Of a stretch of DNA of 64,000 bases, positions 13,001 through 24,145 are shown in pieces (position 1 is the stretch's first letter; each line of letters starts with the position of its first letter). The stretch is from Gordius albopunctatus (Eukaryota), in contig OZ193910.1 in NCBI GenBank assembly GCA_964276515.1, forward strand, positions 4,092,001 to 4,156,000, in the 5' to 3' direction. The translations under genes and the position numbers were made by a program. The notes under the pieces are model-generated. The model ran no database searches. It saw only the letters and a list, made by a program, of their open reading frames with translations, and had not been told where the DNA came from.

Positions 13001-16000
13001 TATAAGCTAGGATGTTTATGGTCTGAGGCCCACACAATGTATAAGGAAAATTCCCAATACATTGTGTGGGCCTCAGCCCATAAACATCCTAGCTTATAGT
13101 AAATTGCATTCTGTATTTTATAGACTTCTTAGGTCAACCAATTTATTTGCAATCAGCTTCAAGGAACATTCCCAATACATTGTGTGGGCCTCTGCCCATA
13201 AACATCCTACCTCATAGAAAAATGTATTCTGTATTTTATAGACTTCTTAGGTCAACCAATTTATTTGCAATCAGCTTCAAGTAACATTCCCAATACATTG
13301 TGTGGGCCTCAGCCCATAAACATCCTACCTCATAGTAAATTGTATTCTGTATCTTATAGACTTCTTAGGTCAACTTCAAGGACCTTCACGCGATGTGTCA
13401 GGAGATAATGTGCAAGAATCTCTGTTTTGTGGTAAAACAATAATTTTAATCTTAATTTACATTTAACTGACACAATTTCGTTTTTAGATGGTGCTACTAT
13501 GAATAATGCTTTATTGTTGGTAGATGTAACAAACCAGATGGACGAAAACTATNNNNNNNNNNNNNNNNNNNNNNNNNNNNNNNNNNNNNNNNNNNNNNNN
13601 NNNNNNNNNNNNNNNNNNNNNNNNNNNNNNNNNNNNNNNNNNNNNNNNNNNNNNNNNNNNNNNNNNNNNNNNNNNNNNNNNNNNNNNNNNNNNNNNNNNN
13701 NNNNNNNNNNNNNNNNNNNNNNNNNNNNNNNNNNNNNNNNNNNNNNNNNNNNCAACCAATTTATTTGCAATCAGCTTCAAGTAACATTCCCAATACATTG
13801 TGTGGGCCTCAGCCCATAAACATCCTACCTCATAGTAAATTGTATTCTGTATCTTATAGACTTCTTAGGTCAACTTCAAGGACCTTCACGCGATGTGTCA
13901 GGAGATAATGTGCAAGAATCTCTGTTTTGTGGTAAAACAATAATTTTAATCTTAATTTACATTTAACTGACACAATTTCGTTTTTAGATGGTGCTACTAT
14001 GAATAATGCTTTATTGTTGGTAGATGTAACAAACCAGATGGACGAAAACTATGAAGGTACCTCTTTTTAAATCATATATATATTTCTTATAGTGGCCACT
14101 CCAGAGTACATACTATCACAAAAGGGAGGAAAAATTCTATATTTTAGGGAGCACCTTTATATGAAAAATAGTACAAAGAATGGCAGAGTTTTTTACTCTT
14201 GTCGAAACTCATCTTGCCCCGCAAGTGCCTCAGAACTAAATGGGAATGTCGTTGTCAAGCATGGACATAAGCATGAACCACCGAGGGAGGAGTACGAAGC
14301 GCTTGTCACAAAGATGAAGTTGAAGGAAGCGGTTATAGCCAGCCCTTCTACAAAAATTAGCCGCTTATATCACAAAACCATACCTTCCAGACTTCGCGAG
14401 GTCCCTGACTTGGGTGCGTATCCACTGGCAACACCACCCCTGAAGGCTGTGCGGTTGACTATGAAAAGGGCCAAGCCAAACAGGCAAGCCGTTCCCCCTG
14501 CTAGGAGGGATATACGACTTAGCGAAGTTCAAACTTTGACACCGAAAGGAGAGTCAATGACATTCTCATTTTTGGGACGCCTTCACTGTTGAAGATTTTA
14601 TGTACTTTTAAAGTATGCCCAAAATTATTTTAACTCTATACTATACATGCGTATTATAAGGATCACATGATACCTGTGGTATATGTCTTCATGCCTAATA
14701 GGATGCGTGGAACATACTGCAGGGTGTTCAGTATAATTAAGAGGGTATGTTTGGGTTTAAATTTACATTTAAACCCAAGATTTGTACAAATTGATTTTGA
14801 GCGGTCCGCTAAAAGCGCGATCGAAAAATCGTTCCCAAAGACCATCATCAAAGGTATTAATTAAAATTGTTATGCTTATATTTTTATTTAAGGTTGCCTG
14901 TTCCATTACCTTAGGCCCTTCTTAGAAGAATTGATAAGTTGGGATTTAAGAAGGAATATCTGCGGGATCCTCGAATGCGCAAGATGATTCGAAGGGTTAC
15001 GGGGTTTCCATTCCTGCGTTCGAACGATGTGTACATGGTCCGGAGATCATGCTGGGATGACCCTATTGTCTCCCAGCATGCTAAAATGCGCGCGTTTTTT
15101 GATTATATTTTGACCACATGGATAAGCCCCTCGGCTATATTTCCCTATTCCATGTGGCAAAGATGTAAGGCTATTGGTCCTAGGACCAATAACCATCTTA
15201 AGGGCTATCACAACTCTCTAAAGTCCCTTATTGGGGAACCTCACCCTGATGTTTACACCTGCATTTCGTTTTTAATAGAAAATAATGAGAAAGCTGAGAT
15301 CAATTTATTACAAATTGATCAAGGCCAAAAAGTATTTTCGATTAGCAAGCGCGTTAAGCAAAAAGATGCTCAAATAACTAATCTGCTCTCTTTTTATAAT
15401 GATACGTCGCTTTCGATTGATATTTTTAATTATTTAGATAATATCGCAAATTTATTTTCTTTTACCTATGATTCGCGTAATTGGAATTTTTCCAATATTG
15501 TTATATCGCGCTCGTTTGTTAGTCATAATTCTTTTGATGATGGCAATATTGATTCGCATTTAAATATTATTTCGAATGAAAATATTAATACTGAAAGTCT
15601 CGGAATAAAAATTATATTTTTACAGTAATTTGTATTTTATTGTTCCAGTCTCATTTTATAGTTTTAAACTTAATTTGTTAAAATATAATATATATATAAC
15701 TAGAAAGTACAACAAAGTTATAAAAAATTACCTGTAATGATTATTAAATCACTTAAACTGCCATTTTATTTAACTTCTTCAGGTAAGTTATAAATTTTGC
15801 TATCCATATTATTCATTACTATAACGCTATTATAATATTTAGACATGTAATTGTATAGAATCACCTACTTTGACAATGTTTTAGTGTATTTATAATCGTA
15901 AGCAACTTAAAACATACTTATAAATATTTAAATATTTATTAACATTAGACGAATATCAAATGTAGACACGCTATATTATATGCAATTGTTTATAAAATAA

Positions 16001-17301
16001 TAGCTTATTCATTTTATGCGTGTAATTATTAATATTTTTTATACTAGCTTTTTGTATTAATTAAATATTTAAAATTTGAATGTTTGTTTTATTGTCTAGT
16101 CTGGAAACTGTATTTTTGTTTGAACAGCTTAATTATTGAATAAGAATCTTATTTTGTTGTGTCAGCAGATAAAAAAATTGTAATCTGTGAATTATGCAAA
16201 GATAAAATAAGTCGTAGGAGCAAAGACAAACATTCCTTTAATACTTCAAATTTAAGGAAACATTTAAGAACTAGAAGTTGAACATAAGATAACTAAATTT
16301 TCAATACTATTTTTTAATATAAGCATATTACATGTATATTTACTTTTTTTATAAAATAAATTTATCTATTAATAAAATATAAAGTGTATCATAATAACAT
16401 TTAAATTTCTTTTTTGATCTATTAATCACAATACTTTTGAATAAATTAATAACAGAATTTATTATTATAAATTAATATTATATTACAATTGTTTTATCCT
16501 CAAAATTCTGATCAACCAAAATTTGGATGTGACTTAATTTATAATATTTAATTTGCATATATTTTTTAGTATAAAATTTTTTTATTATAAGTATCGGCTG
16601 GTATCGGTATCAGCACAAAATAGTGGTATCGGTGCATCTCTAATAAAAATTAAAACTAGGTTATCAAGCAGAAGCTGCCCCTTACTAAGGTTTAACTAAC
16701 CACGTTTGCGGTAAGTAATAATATCAACTAATGCTTTGACTCCCAGTCCTGGCAGCAAACTTATGTTATATTTGATGGAACGACAGGGATTTGTGGGCAC
16801 TATTAGGATTGAGCACATAGCTGATACACTTGTAGTGAATATTTTATTATTAATTAATAAATAAAATTTTGTCCTAATAATAATAAGAGAGGTAAAAAAA
16901 ACTTTGAAATATTGGTGAGAAATGAAAAATATTATTAAAGCAACATTATTGTAAATATTAAAATGGTTTTGCTTTCTAACGTACAGATTATCTGGGAGCA
17001 GCCAGGTACCTTTTCAACTATATGGACTGTATGATTGGTTCATCCACTTCAGATGTACCGAGTCAAATGCAAACATTACTCATTCAACTGACCCATGTGT
17101 GCCTTGACGAGTAAAGCTAATGTCATTAAATATATTTTATTTTGCCGATTTTTAAAACCTATCAACATATTTCCAAATATTTTTATATACTCTAGTGTAC
17201 TGCTGAAGCGGAATATAGACGACCTTTGGCATAGTGAATCCTTTAGAAGTGCAACATGGGTACCTGATGACCAAAACCAAAGATCAAAATGTTATTTTTA
17301 A
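4005..17301 (+). CDS. TAF1A: TAF1A-like (RNA polymerase I SL1/TIF-IB subunit A), multi-exon
   Basis: Exons 4005-4083, 4115-4269, 4345-4409, 4448-4553, 4877-~5270 (donor uncertain), 6830-6994, 7609-7678, 16987-17110 and 17196-~17301 join in phase across GT-AG introns. Peptides AIWKAGMFIGLMHPNS, ILNLIKYYKA, LGSWEV, LLYMGNFSRAREVLDHF and RYLFNYMD resemble collinear segments of vertebrate TAF1A as I recall it (IIWKLGSEILFYHPKS, LINLIQAYKG, PGVWDP, LEFYGDRDGAQEVLTNY). The 3' end is uncertain. Confidence 0.65.
5368..5402. mobile_element. Possible Helitron/Helentron-derived non-autonomous element end
   Basis: AACTAGCTGTGCCCGGCCAAGCATTGCTTTGGC resembles the ACTAG-starting termini of invertebrate HINE/Helitron-N elements. 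Extent unknown. Confidence 0.3.
7347..7503. mobile_element. hAT MITE (CATGGGCGTAG family) in a TAF1A intron
   Basis: Right end GGCTACGCCCATG with a G-rich left end. Flanks TTTGTGGA / TTTGTGCA (7/8). Confidence 0.7.
7684..9466 (-). mobile_element. 5'-truncated non-LTR retrotransposon with restriction-like endonuclease (CRE/R2-group)
   Basis: RT motifs GIQQGDPLGP and WYLDD, thumb region LPTKSGGLG, CCHC finger CRLC...HPLHC, and RLE motif RPDG...WDYT. In-frame stop at 8956-8958. AATAAA and a poly(A) tail on the minus strand (T-run at 7684-7693). Confidence 0.9.
10853..13042 (-). pseudogene. FLYWCH-MULE transposase pseudogene, left arm
   Basis: FLYWCH-like module (FYSCRNSSC...HKHEPP), IPVVYAFMP, IDFE, GCLFHY and RTNNHLKGYHN. 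The first catalytic D segment is deleted, the catalytic E is K, and frameshifts and a stop are present. Confidence 0.9.
12608..13374. repeat. 118-bp tandem repeat at the palindrome centre (4 units on the left, 3 inverted units on the right)
   Basis: GTTGACCTAAGAAG at ~12608, 12726, 12843 and 12961. Its reverse complement lies at ~13125, 13243 and 13361. Confidence 0.9.
13043..15628 (+). pseudogene. FLYWCH-MULE transposase pseudogene, right arm
   Basis: Mirror of the left arm with the same lesions and a few substitutions (YAFMP/YVFMP, FPNAII/FPKTII). 39-nt intron at 14854-14892. Confidence 0.9.
13553..13752. other. Assembly gap (200 N) with a 300-bp overlap duplication
   Basis: 13753-14052 repeats 13253-13552 directly across the gap. 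Confidence 0.95.
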
Positions 17302-17699
17302 TAAACCCTAATTACTTATACAAATTGTATATGCATTTTTAGAATAAACTTATGACGACAAATCGCACGTTTACTTTAGGCAGGCTTGCCTGTTCATTTA
17401 TAAAGGCAAAAGTATTGCAGAAAATAAAAAAAATTATTTGATATGCTTAGCTCTTGTTCCCTTGATTAACTCTTATCAAGCTGCGATGCTAATCGACTTC
17501 ACAACCATAGGTCTTTGGGGCAGGTCACGAGTGGCTTAAAACATTCATTCTTAGGTTACCCTCAATTTTTGCTCCTAGGCAACTTTAATTTTATGTATTA
17601 TTTTCGGCTGTCACACCGAACGTGTCTTGTCACGCACAGTCATGGCACGCACCGAATGTCTTGTCCCGTTGTCTATTTTTTGTTCGTATTCATTTAACT

Positions 17700-17721
17700 G
17701 GTTCGAATCCCGGGGAGGCCA
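17700..17721 (+). repeat. tRNA-like T-arm / Pol III B-box fragment (possible SINE remnant)
   Basis: GGTTCGAATCCCGGGGAGGCCA followed by an A/T tail. No recognisable 5' tRNA half. Confidence 0.3.
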
Positions 17722-19004
17722 AAATTTTTTTATATTTTTTTTAATTAATATTTTTGTTCTTGTTACTATCCTTGATAATATGACTTTTTGGCAGCCCGCT
17801 GGCTGCTGACCAATGAAAAAATGACCTTTGGCCAAAATGTGATTCGAAATTTTTTTTTCCGTTTTTTGAATTGCTCTATTGGGTTAACATTGATAATTAC
17901 CTATGTCCCCCTTACAAGGGCCTATATCTCTACTGATATGTGTCCCTGTGCCCCCCCCACAAAGGCTTATGCCTCTATTTTATATGCCTTTTAATTAAAT
18001 CGAACTGTGCAAAAAGTTTGAATATTAATATTCTAAAACACACTTTAAAATTTTATAACGAATTGCAAGGGTCTAGCCATGGATGCAGTGAGAAGTAGTG
18101 GCGTTCTTTCATGATGCAAACAAATTACTTATTTTTTAAATAATACAATTTGCAAAAATCATTTTGTTCATGCTTAAATCATTATCATCCTTTTTCCTAC
18201 ACGCCCCCCCCCCTTATTTAATTCGTGGCTATTTTATACTTATTTATATTAAAAATACTTAACAAATAATATATGATAAATGTTTTAAATATGAAATTTG
18301 AGATATTTACAAGAATAATTCTGCTATATATGGTTAGCATATAAATCTCGATATAGTGGTAAAAAATCAATTGCTCGCTAAAAGATTATGTCGCCTTTAA
18401 ATGTTAGTATTAAGATGCTAATAGGCAGTACAAACAGTTGAAAATACAAATTTATTAACCATTTTTTACACTTAATTGTTGCAAAATATTATGCGTCCTA
18501 AATATAAACTTAATATGGTATATAACCGCTGTTAAGCCCCTAGCCCTACCCTACCTCTCATGTAAAAGATTTGGTCTCCCCGAGAGAATACGGCTTGCTC
18601 CGCTACTCTCTTTCTCGACTATTAATAAAAATTTATTAATTATTTTTAGATTGCAACAATTCGAAAAAAAACGTATGGAATTTTTCAAATTGAAGCATAA
18701 TAACTTTTAGATAAAGACGTGTTTATAAAGTACTCTTAGCTTTTTCAGATTTGAATATATAAGAGCTCCATTGTTAATTAAAATAGATCGTTTTAACTTT
18801 GACAATTGGGAAAAAGCAGTCAGAATTTTGCATTCATTGAGCAACGCTTTCATAAAAGTTAAAATTATAATGTAGTTAGTGGTTTATATAGGCATGATTT
18901 TTAACAAAGAACCTCAGATAAAAAAATATAACATGACAGTGTAAAAAATGCTTTATTGGACTTTTCAATATATGATGTATTCAGATTTAGTTTAAATTTC
19001 GATA

Positions 19005-20764
19005 TTAGTTTTCAATCAAATAACTGCATGCAGGTATAGCTGGACATGGGCGTAGCCAGCTTTCGGATCAGGGGGGGGCGAGCAAAAAAAATCGCCGAGA
19101 CTAAGTGAGAGCAAAAAAAAAAAAAAGGTCGCCAAGACCTTTTTTAAGACCTTTTTTTGGTATTTAACGTTAGTAATTAAAATATTTTGCTATTCTTTGG
19201 CCTCAACCCACATAAAAACTCATTATTAATCAACAGTACAGTGTACAGAGGAATGTAAACGATGTATGAAGGAACTAACACAAACGCAACTACTAATCTC
19301 AATAATAATTTAAATTTGCGTCAAAAGTTCGTGAAATAAAATTTTCAACATAAAACTTCATTTCAATCAGGGGGGGGCGAAACACTAATTTTTTCCAATT
19401 TTTACATAAATTTACATTAAAAAATAGAAAAATTCTCATTCAGGGGGGGGCGGCCGCCCCCCCCTGCCCCCCCCTGCCTACGCCCATGTAGCTGGACTGA
19501 TTCTTGTTCGAGTTTTTGTAGGGTACACAAGGTAGAGGAGATAATTTATTACGTAAGTTAATCAAAACAAAAGATTCGGATCAATTTTAGCTTATTCTGC
19601 TTGAATAAATTATCTGGTTGGTCACGAAACGCCGCTGCATTACACAACTCTGCCAACTGAATGATACCAAGTGGTAGAACAAGAATAAAATGAGTTAGCG
19701 AAACCATTATTAATAGCTTAGTTGCCCGGTCATCTTTGTTGAAGGTTTTACGTGATTTTTCTATACTTTTTTCGTCATGATCATGATTTATAATTTGGAT
19801 GTTTGGTTTAAGGGTTAGTTGAGATTGAAATTTGTGAGTTTGAATATTAGATATATTTAAGTTAGAAGATTTTAAATTATTGACTATCACCGTCAAGTTA
19901 TACGGCGATGCTTCTGCATTTGCTTCATTGATTCTTTTCTTTTTGCGTCGATATAGTGGCATCCAAATTAAACCGTTCAAAGTAAGGATAATAATAACTG
20001 GAATCTGTAAGACAACATGATTAAAAATAATATAGCATGCGATCTATCTAAATAAAAATTCAATAAGATACAGTGAATATGTAAATGATTTTAATATGTT
20101 CATTTACCCAGTTGGAAAATGCGACGTAAAAATAAACCAGTTGTGGAGTCCCTTTGATTGATGGCATGGATTTGGTGATGGTGGGATTAACGTGAAAATA
20201 AAGTGTATGCCTACACGGTTGGTAACCAAATACACTATTTTGTTCGAATCCCGGGGTAGCTATCTTGGTCAAGCTAATAGACGCGGTCCATAGTAAACCA
20301 ATAGATGTCATAATAAGCCACCTTTTTGGGTCTGAGGCATTAAATTTGATTGGGAAAAAAACGAGTAGAAAACGTTCTACCGTAAATAACAGGATGGTAT
20401 AGGTCGATTGAAGTATAAAGAAGGTTATAATGATGCCGTGGAATTCTCACAATGTGGGGTAGGTAATAAAGAGAGCATTTACTGGCTCGAACCCGTACCT
20501 GGCAACTACTACGGCAAAATTAAAAATCAGAGTTCCACAATCTGAAACTGCGAGGGCAGCTAGATATCGGTTATGATTCCATTTAACTAAAGGTCCACGC
20601 GTTAATGTGTAAAACGCTAAGGAATTCAAAGTTATTCCGAGTGGTATTAATACCAATGTAAAAACTATGAGAGATAGATGAAAGGTTTTTGCGATACTTG
20701 TATAAAAAGTTTCACCAATTAAATATGCTATATCTTTTGAATAGTGTTTTTCTTGTATCGACAT
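19005..20764 (-). pseudogene. Class A (rhodopsin-like) neuropeptide-receptor-type GPCR pseudogene
   Basis: TM1 GITLNSL, TM2 YLAALAVSD, TM3 FTVERFLLVFFP, TM6 ATKLLIMVSLTHFILVLP and TM7 INYLLY. Intron 20005-20107. Lesions: TGA at 20447-20449, a frameshift near 19560, and a MITE in the C-tail. Confidence 0.8.
19045..19488. mobile_element. hAT MITE (TIR CATGGGCGTAG)
   Basis: CATGGGCGTAG...CTACGCCCATG ends, with a perfect 8-bp TSD TAGCTGGA (19037-19044 / 19489-19496). Confidence 0.9.
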
Positions 20765-22605
20765 CTTTTGTATTAGAAATAAAATTATCTCATAGCAAAA
20801 TGAAAAAGGACGACATAACAACGTTTTAAGGTTAGGGGATAATTAATTTTACCTTCCCTTCTTAATTTGTAATTTAGTTGATCATTTAGTTAATTAATAA
20901 TTTATACAAGATTAATTCTATGTGACTCTAAAGGCAGAACAGTAGTATTCGGACGCTCAACATTTGATACCGAGATAATAATATAAACTGTGTGTGCTGG
21001 TTAAAAATAAGACATCGAATTTTTATCACTAGAAGAAGAATTAAAGTAATTGAAAAAGTCTATTTCTTTTTACACACTCCAATGATGCTATGAAAAATAA
21101 ATTTAATTGATAGCATAGACGACAAAACATTACGAGAAGCCCTCTATTATGTGGTGACGCCACAGGTATGAACTATAAATTATATTAGGTTTATTTTGAT
21201 ATGAAATATCTATTAATACATTCATTGCAGCCTTCTAACATATGAAACCATTTTTTTATTAAAGAAAATGGGAATAAGTATGTTGTGAAAATTCAGATTT
21301 AATAATAGTATTTTTTCATTAATAACACTTTATCAATTAATCATAAATGTATTTTGTTTTTTTAAAATAGGTCATTAATTTAAATTATCTTATATTTAAA
21401 ACTATAACTTCCCGTAGTTTTGTAAGCCGTATCAAAAATGCAAATGAAAACGACACAAATGTTGCAAGTGCTATTATTTTTACGTCTTATTACCTGAGTT
21501 TATTTAAAAATTATATGGAATTATAGGTATTGGCAATATATATAATATATATTTACCTGATTTTTTAAACTTGTAACAATCATAGATTTATTAAATGTTT
21601 ATTTATTTAGCTTGTTAATACCATACATATTTTTCAAATAATGGTTAATTAAATTAATTGAAACAATGTTCATTCTATGACCCGCTGAATTACAACGAGA
21701 TTAATTTTAGGGAAAAGTATAGAGCGTTATAATGCAGGATTTTATGACGTATTAATTATTTATGAATTTAATTCAAAGTTACCTTCTAATTTATTTTTCT
21801 AATTTTAAGCAAATCATTCTGAGCAATAAATCTGGTCACTCTATAAATAATTAAGCTTACATTATTCTAAAAACGTCTATTTTTAAATATAATCTCAATT
21901 TAAATTATCCCTATATCATCAAATTAATAAATTATTCTATTTAAGTTCAGATTCCCAAAATCAATATATCTTAAAAATAAAAGTCCCAGATTATAAACCA
22001 TTTCGAAAAGATTTTTAATACACTAACTTTCATAGCATTTATTCGAACAGATTTCAACATGTTCTTTCGAATGAGAAATACTTTAAAGTAGACGTTGAGT
22101 TATCCTTTGTTTTAACTAATTGTTCTTTGACAGAAATAATACATTTATTATTATGTTTGTTAGTTAATACTTTAATTAATTTATTGGAAAGGCTCTGGTG
22201 AAAGATTATTCTTAAGTTTCTTGGGCTTTCAAGACTGATTTTGGGGCGTACTAGTGCGATAATTCATAAAGAATGTGTTCTCAGAAGACGTATAATTATC
22301 TAAGGTAATAGCTAATCTAGCTTTATATTACCGTTAAGTTTAAAGTAATGCAATATAAAAATCTCCTAATTCAAGCAAAATGTTTATTAAAACTAACTTA
22401 AAGTATGTCAATCAAGCAGCGCCTTCTCGAGTTACACGCAGTTCTTGTCTTGAATATAGATAATATTGTGTATAAATTTTGGGTCATAAAATATCCAAGC
22501 TAGTACTTTAATAATAACTCGTAAAAATATCAAGGGAATCTTAATAAAGCGTTTATGACATTAATTGCTATTATAACTGTGGTATACTGGAGTATAAACG
22601 TATTA

Positions 22606-22875
22606 GGGTGCGTCTTAAAATGCGATTTTGCATAGATGCAAAAAAACGAATGCATGTTAGAACATAACCGCGTCTTAATACGAGCGTCACGTCAATTTTT
22701 TCTATTTTTGTTTTATCGCTCATAAAACAAATATTTATCCTTTAATTACGCTTATTAATGCATATCGTTCATATGGTAACTAAATTAAAATTGTTGATTC
22801 CACGACATGTATATCGCATATTTAGACAAACAAAAATATGGCACTTGAAGCTGAATCGTATATTAAGATGGGCCC
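22606..22875. mobile_element. PIF/Harbinger (Tourist-like) MITE
   Basis: Imperfect TIRs GGGTGCGTCTTAAAATGCGA / TCGTATATTAAGATGGGCCC with a TTA TSD. The neighbouring tandem copy (22928-23004) shows the empty site. Confidence 0.7.
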
Positions 22876-23399
22876 TTACACGTCTTTCCCTTTACATTTA
22901 ATTTTACATACGTGTGTGTGACTTACCCTGTGGTATACTGGAGTATACAAGTCTTACACGTCTTTTCCTTTCCATATAATTTTACTTACGTGTGTGTGAC
23001 TTAGCCCCCCCCCCCCCCCATGAGCTTATACGTGTTTGTTATTTCTATCAACACGCATCATTGATTTTGATATACGCATCAATAACTTTTTATAGATATT
23101 AATTATTGTAAATTTCTTGTAATTTTCTTGGTCCTAAATAAATAACCGAGATGTAGAGAGAACAATAAAAGTATATTTCCGCGTACGCGGTGGAGTATTG
23201 TAACCTTTTGTCCCCTGAATAGCAGTCTCTCAATATATCCACTTATTCCTATTCCTCATATCTAAAATCGCATCCTGTACAAATATAAATTTCATCTTGT
23301 TTAAGAATATAAAAATTAACATGCCTATAAATTAGCAAAATGATCATCTGCTTAGCCATCAAAGCCAAAATTGTTTATGCCTAGAATATAAATTCCAAA

Positions 23400-24145
23400 G
23401 ATTGTAGTGGATTAATTAAGAGAGTGAGTGGGAAGTTCACAAAATATAAATATGGTACTATCAACACTATTGTATATCAAAATAAGCCAGAAATGATTAA
23501 TAGGTAAAGGGAGAAATAATAAAAGGATTTGAAATTAACTTCTGGAAGCGGAACAGGGTTTTTATAAATAAACTAAAGTCATATTAGAGGCATAAAATAA
23601 ACAAAAAATAGCAATTAAAAACGTAGGAGATATTGGGGATTTAAAACCTTTATCGCCTTTGCTTTTAAACATGGTAAGCCTTAAAGATATTCATTGTAGT
23701 CATAATAGAGGGATAAAGTTAGGGAGAAAAAATTCAAAGCTTAAAGAGGGCTAATAAAAAACGGATTGTTTACGCTAATATTAGATGAAACCGACTTAAA
23801 TTAACGGGGGAAATGTCAATATTTAGTGGCTCGAATAATGTCAGAATAAAATGAAGAATTTTATAGAAAAACATAAACGCTTATACATATGTTCGTTAAA
23901 CAAGGAAAATCAAAGCTTCTCAGTAAAAGTTTGAAAATCCCAATAAAAAATGGTACTATATAGTGTGAGAATTATAGAAGATAAAAGAATTAGAAGATGT
24001 TTAAATTAACGATATAAACTAGAAAATTTTTAAATGGAGTTCTTCAAGATTCAAGTATTGGCTTATTTTTTTAAATAAATATGCTTGTTGAAAAGCTAAT
24101 ATTGATCCCGTCAAATTTCCACAAACCTTTCGACAAAATTATTAA
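23400..24145 (+). mobile_element. Highly degenerate non-LTR retrotransposon RT remnant
   Basis: Purine-rich stretch with broken peptides NRGIKL...KL...KKRI and NFHKPFDKI, resembling the YRGIxL and DFxKAFD motifs of LINE RT. Confidence 0.3.

Larger units (their letters stand above)
10332..16148. mobile_element. Foldback (palindromic) MULE derivative: two inverted ~2.7-kb arms
   Basis: Arms are reverse complements from GATTCTTATTC (10332) to GAATAAGAATC (16148), with the fold point at ~13043-13056. 8-bp direct repeat TTATTTTG at 10324-10331 and 16149-16156. The ORF track shows mirrored 166-, 65- and 229-aa ORFs. Confidence 0.92.
10298..16281 (+). pseudogene. Split BED zinc-finger remnant of the hAT transposase (10298-10331 joined to 16157-16281)
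   Basis: Removing 10332-16156 gives the in-frame peptide MDSFDTLWSYFVVSADKKIVICELCKDKISRRSKDKHSFNTSNLRKHLRTRS*, which shows the BED signature WxYF...CxxC...NTSNLxxHL. Confidence 0.85.
10002..16642 (+). mobile_element. Non-autonomous hAT element interrupted by a foldback MULE
   Basis: Perfect 19-bp TIRs TAGAGATGCACCGATACCA (10002-10020 / 16624-16642). 8-bp TSD ATAAAAAT (9994-10001 / 16643-16650). GTATCGG subterminal repeats at both ends. Confidence 0.95.

Noticed and set aside
13253..14052. 300-bp direct repeat in the right arm, and ORFs spanning N
   Set aside because: Identical sequence on both sides of a fixed 200-N gap, consistent with an unmerged contig overlap.
10332..16148. Palindrome as a pure sequencing fold-back chimera
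   Set aside because: Distinct flanks, an 8-bp TSD, the rejoinable BED ORF and arm-specific differences argue for a real structure. The internal gap still warrants read-level confirmation.
17660..17725. Functional tRNA gene
   Set aside because: Only a B-box/T-arm-like motif is present. No acceptor-stem partner, D-arm or anticodon arm can be folded.
20447..20449. Selenocysteine or UGA-to-Cys recoding in the GPCR
   Set aside because: The same gene has a frameshift and a MITE insertion, and TGA serves as a normal stop in the cofilin and claudin-like genes. A nonsense mutation is simpler.
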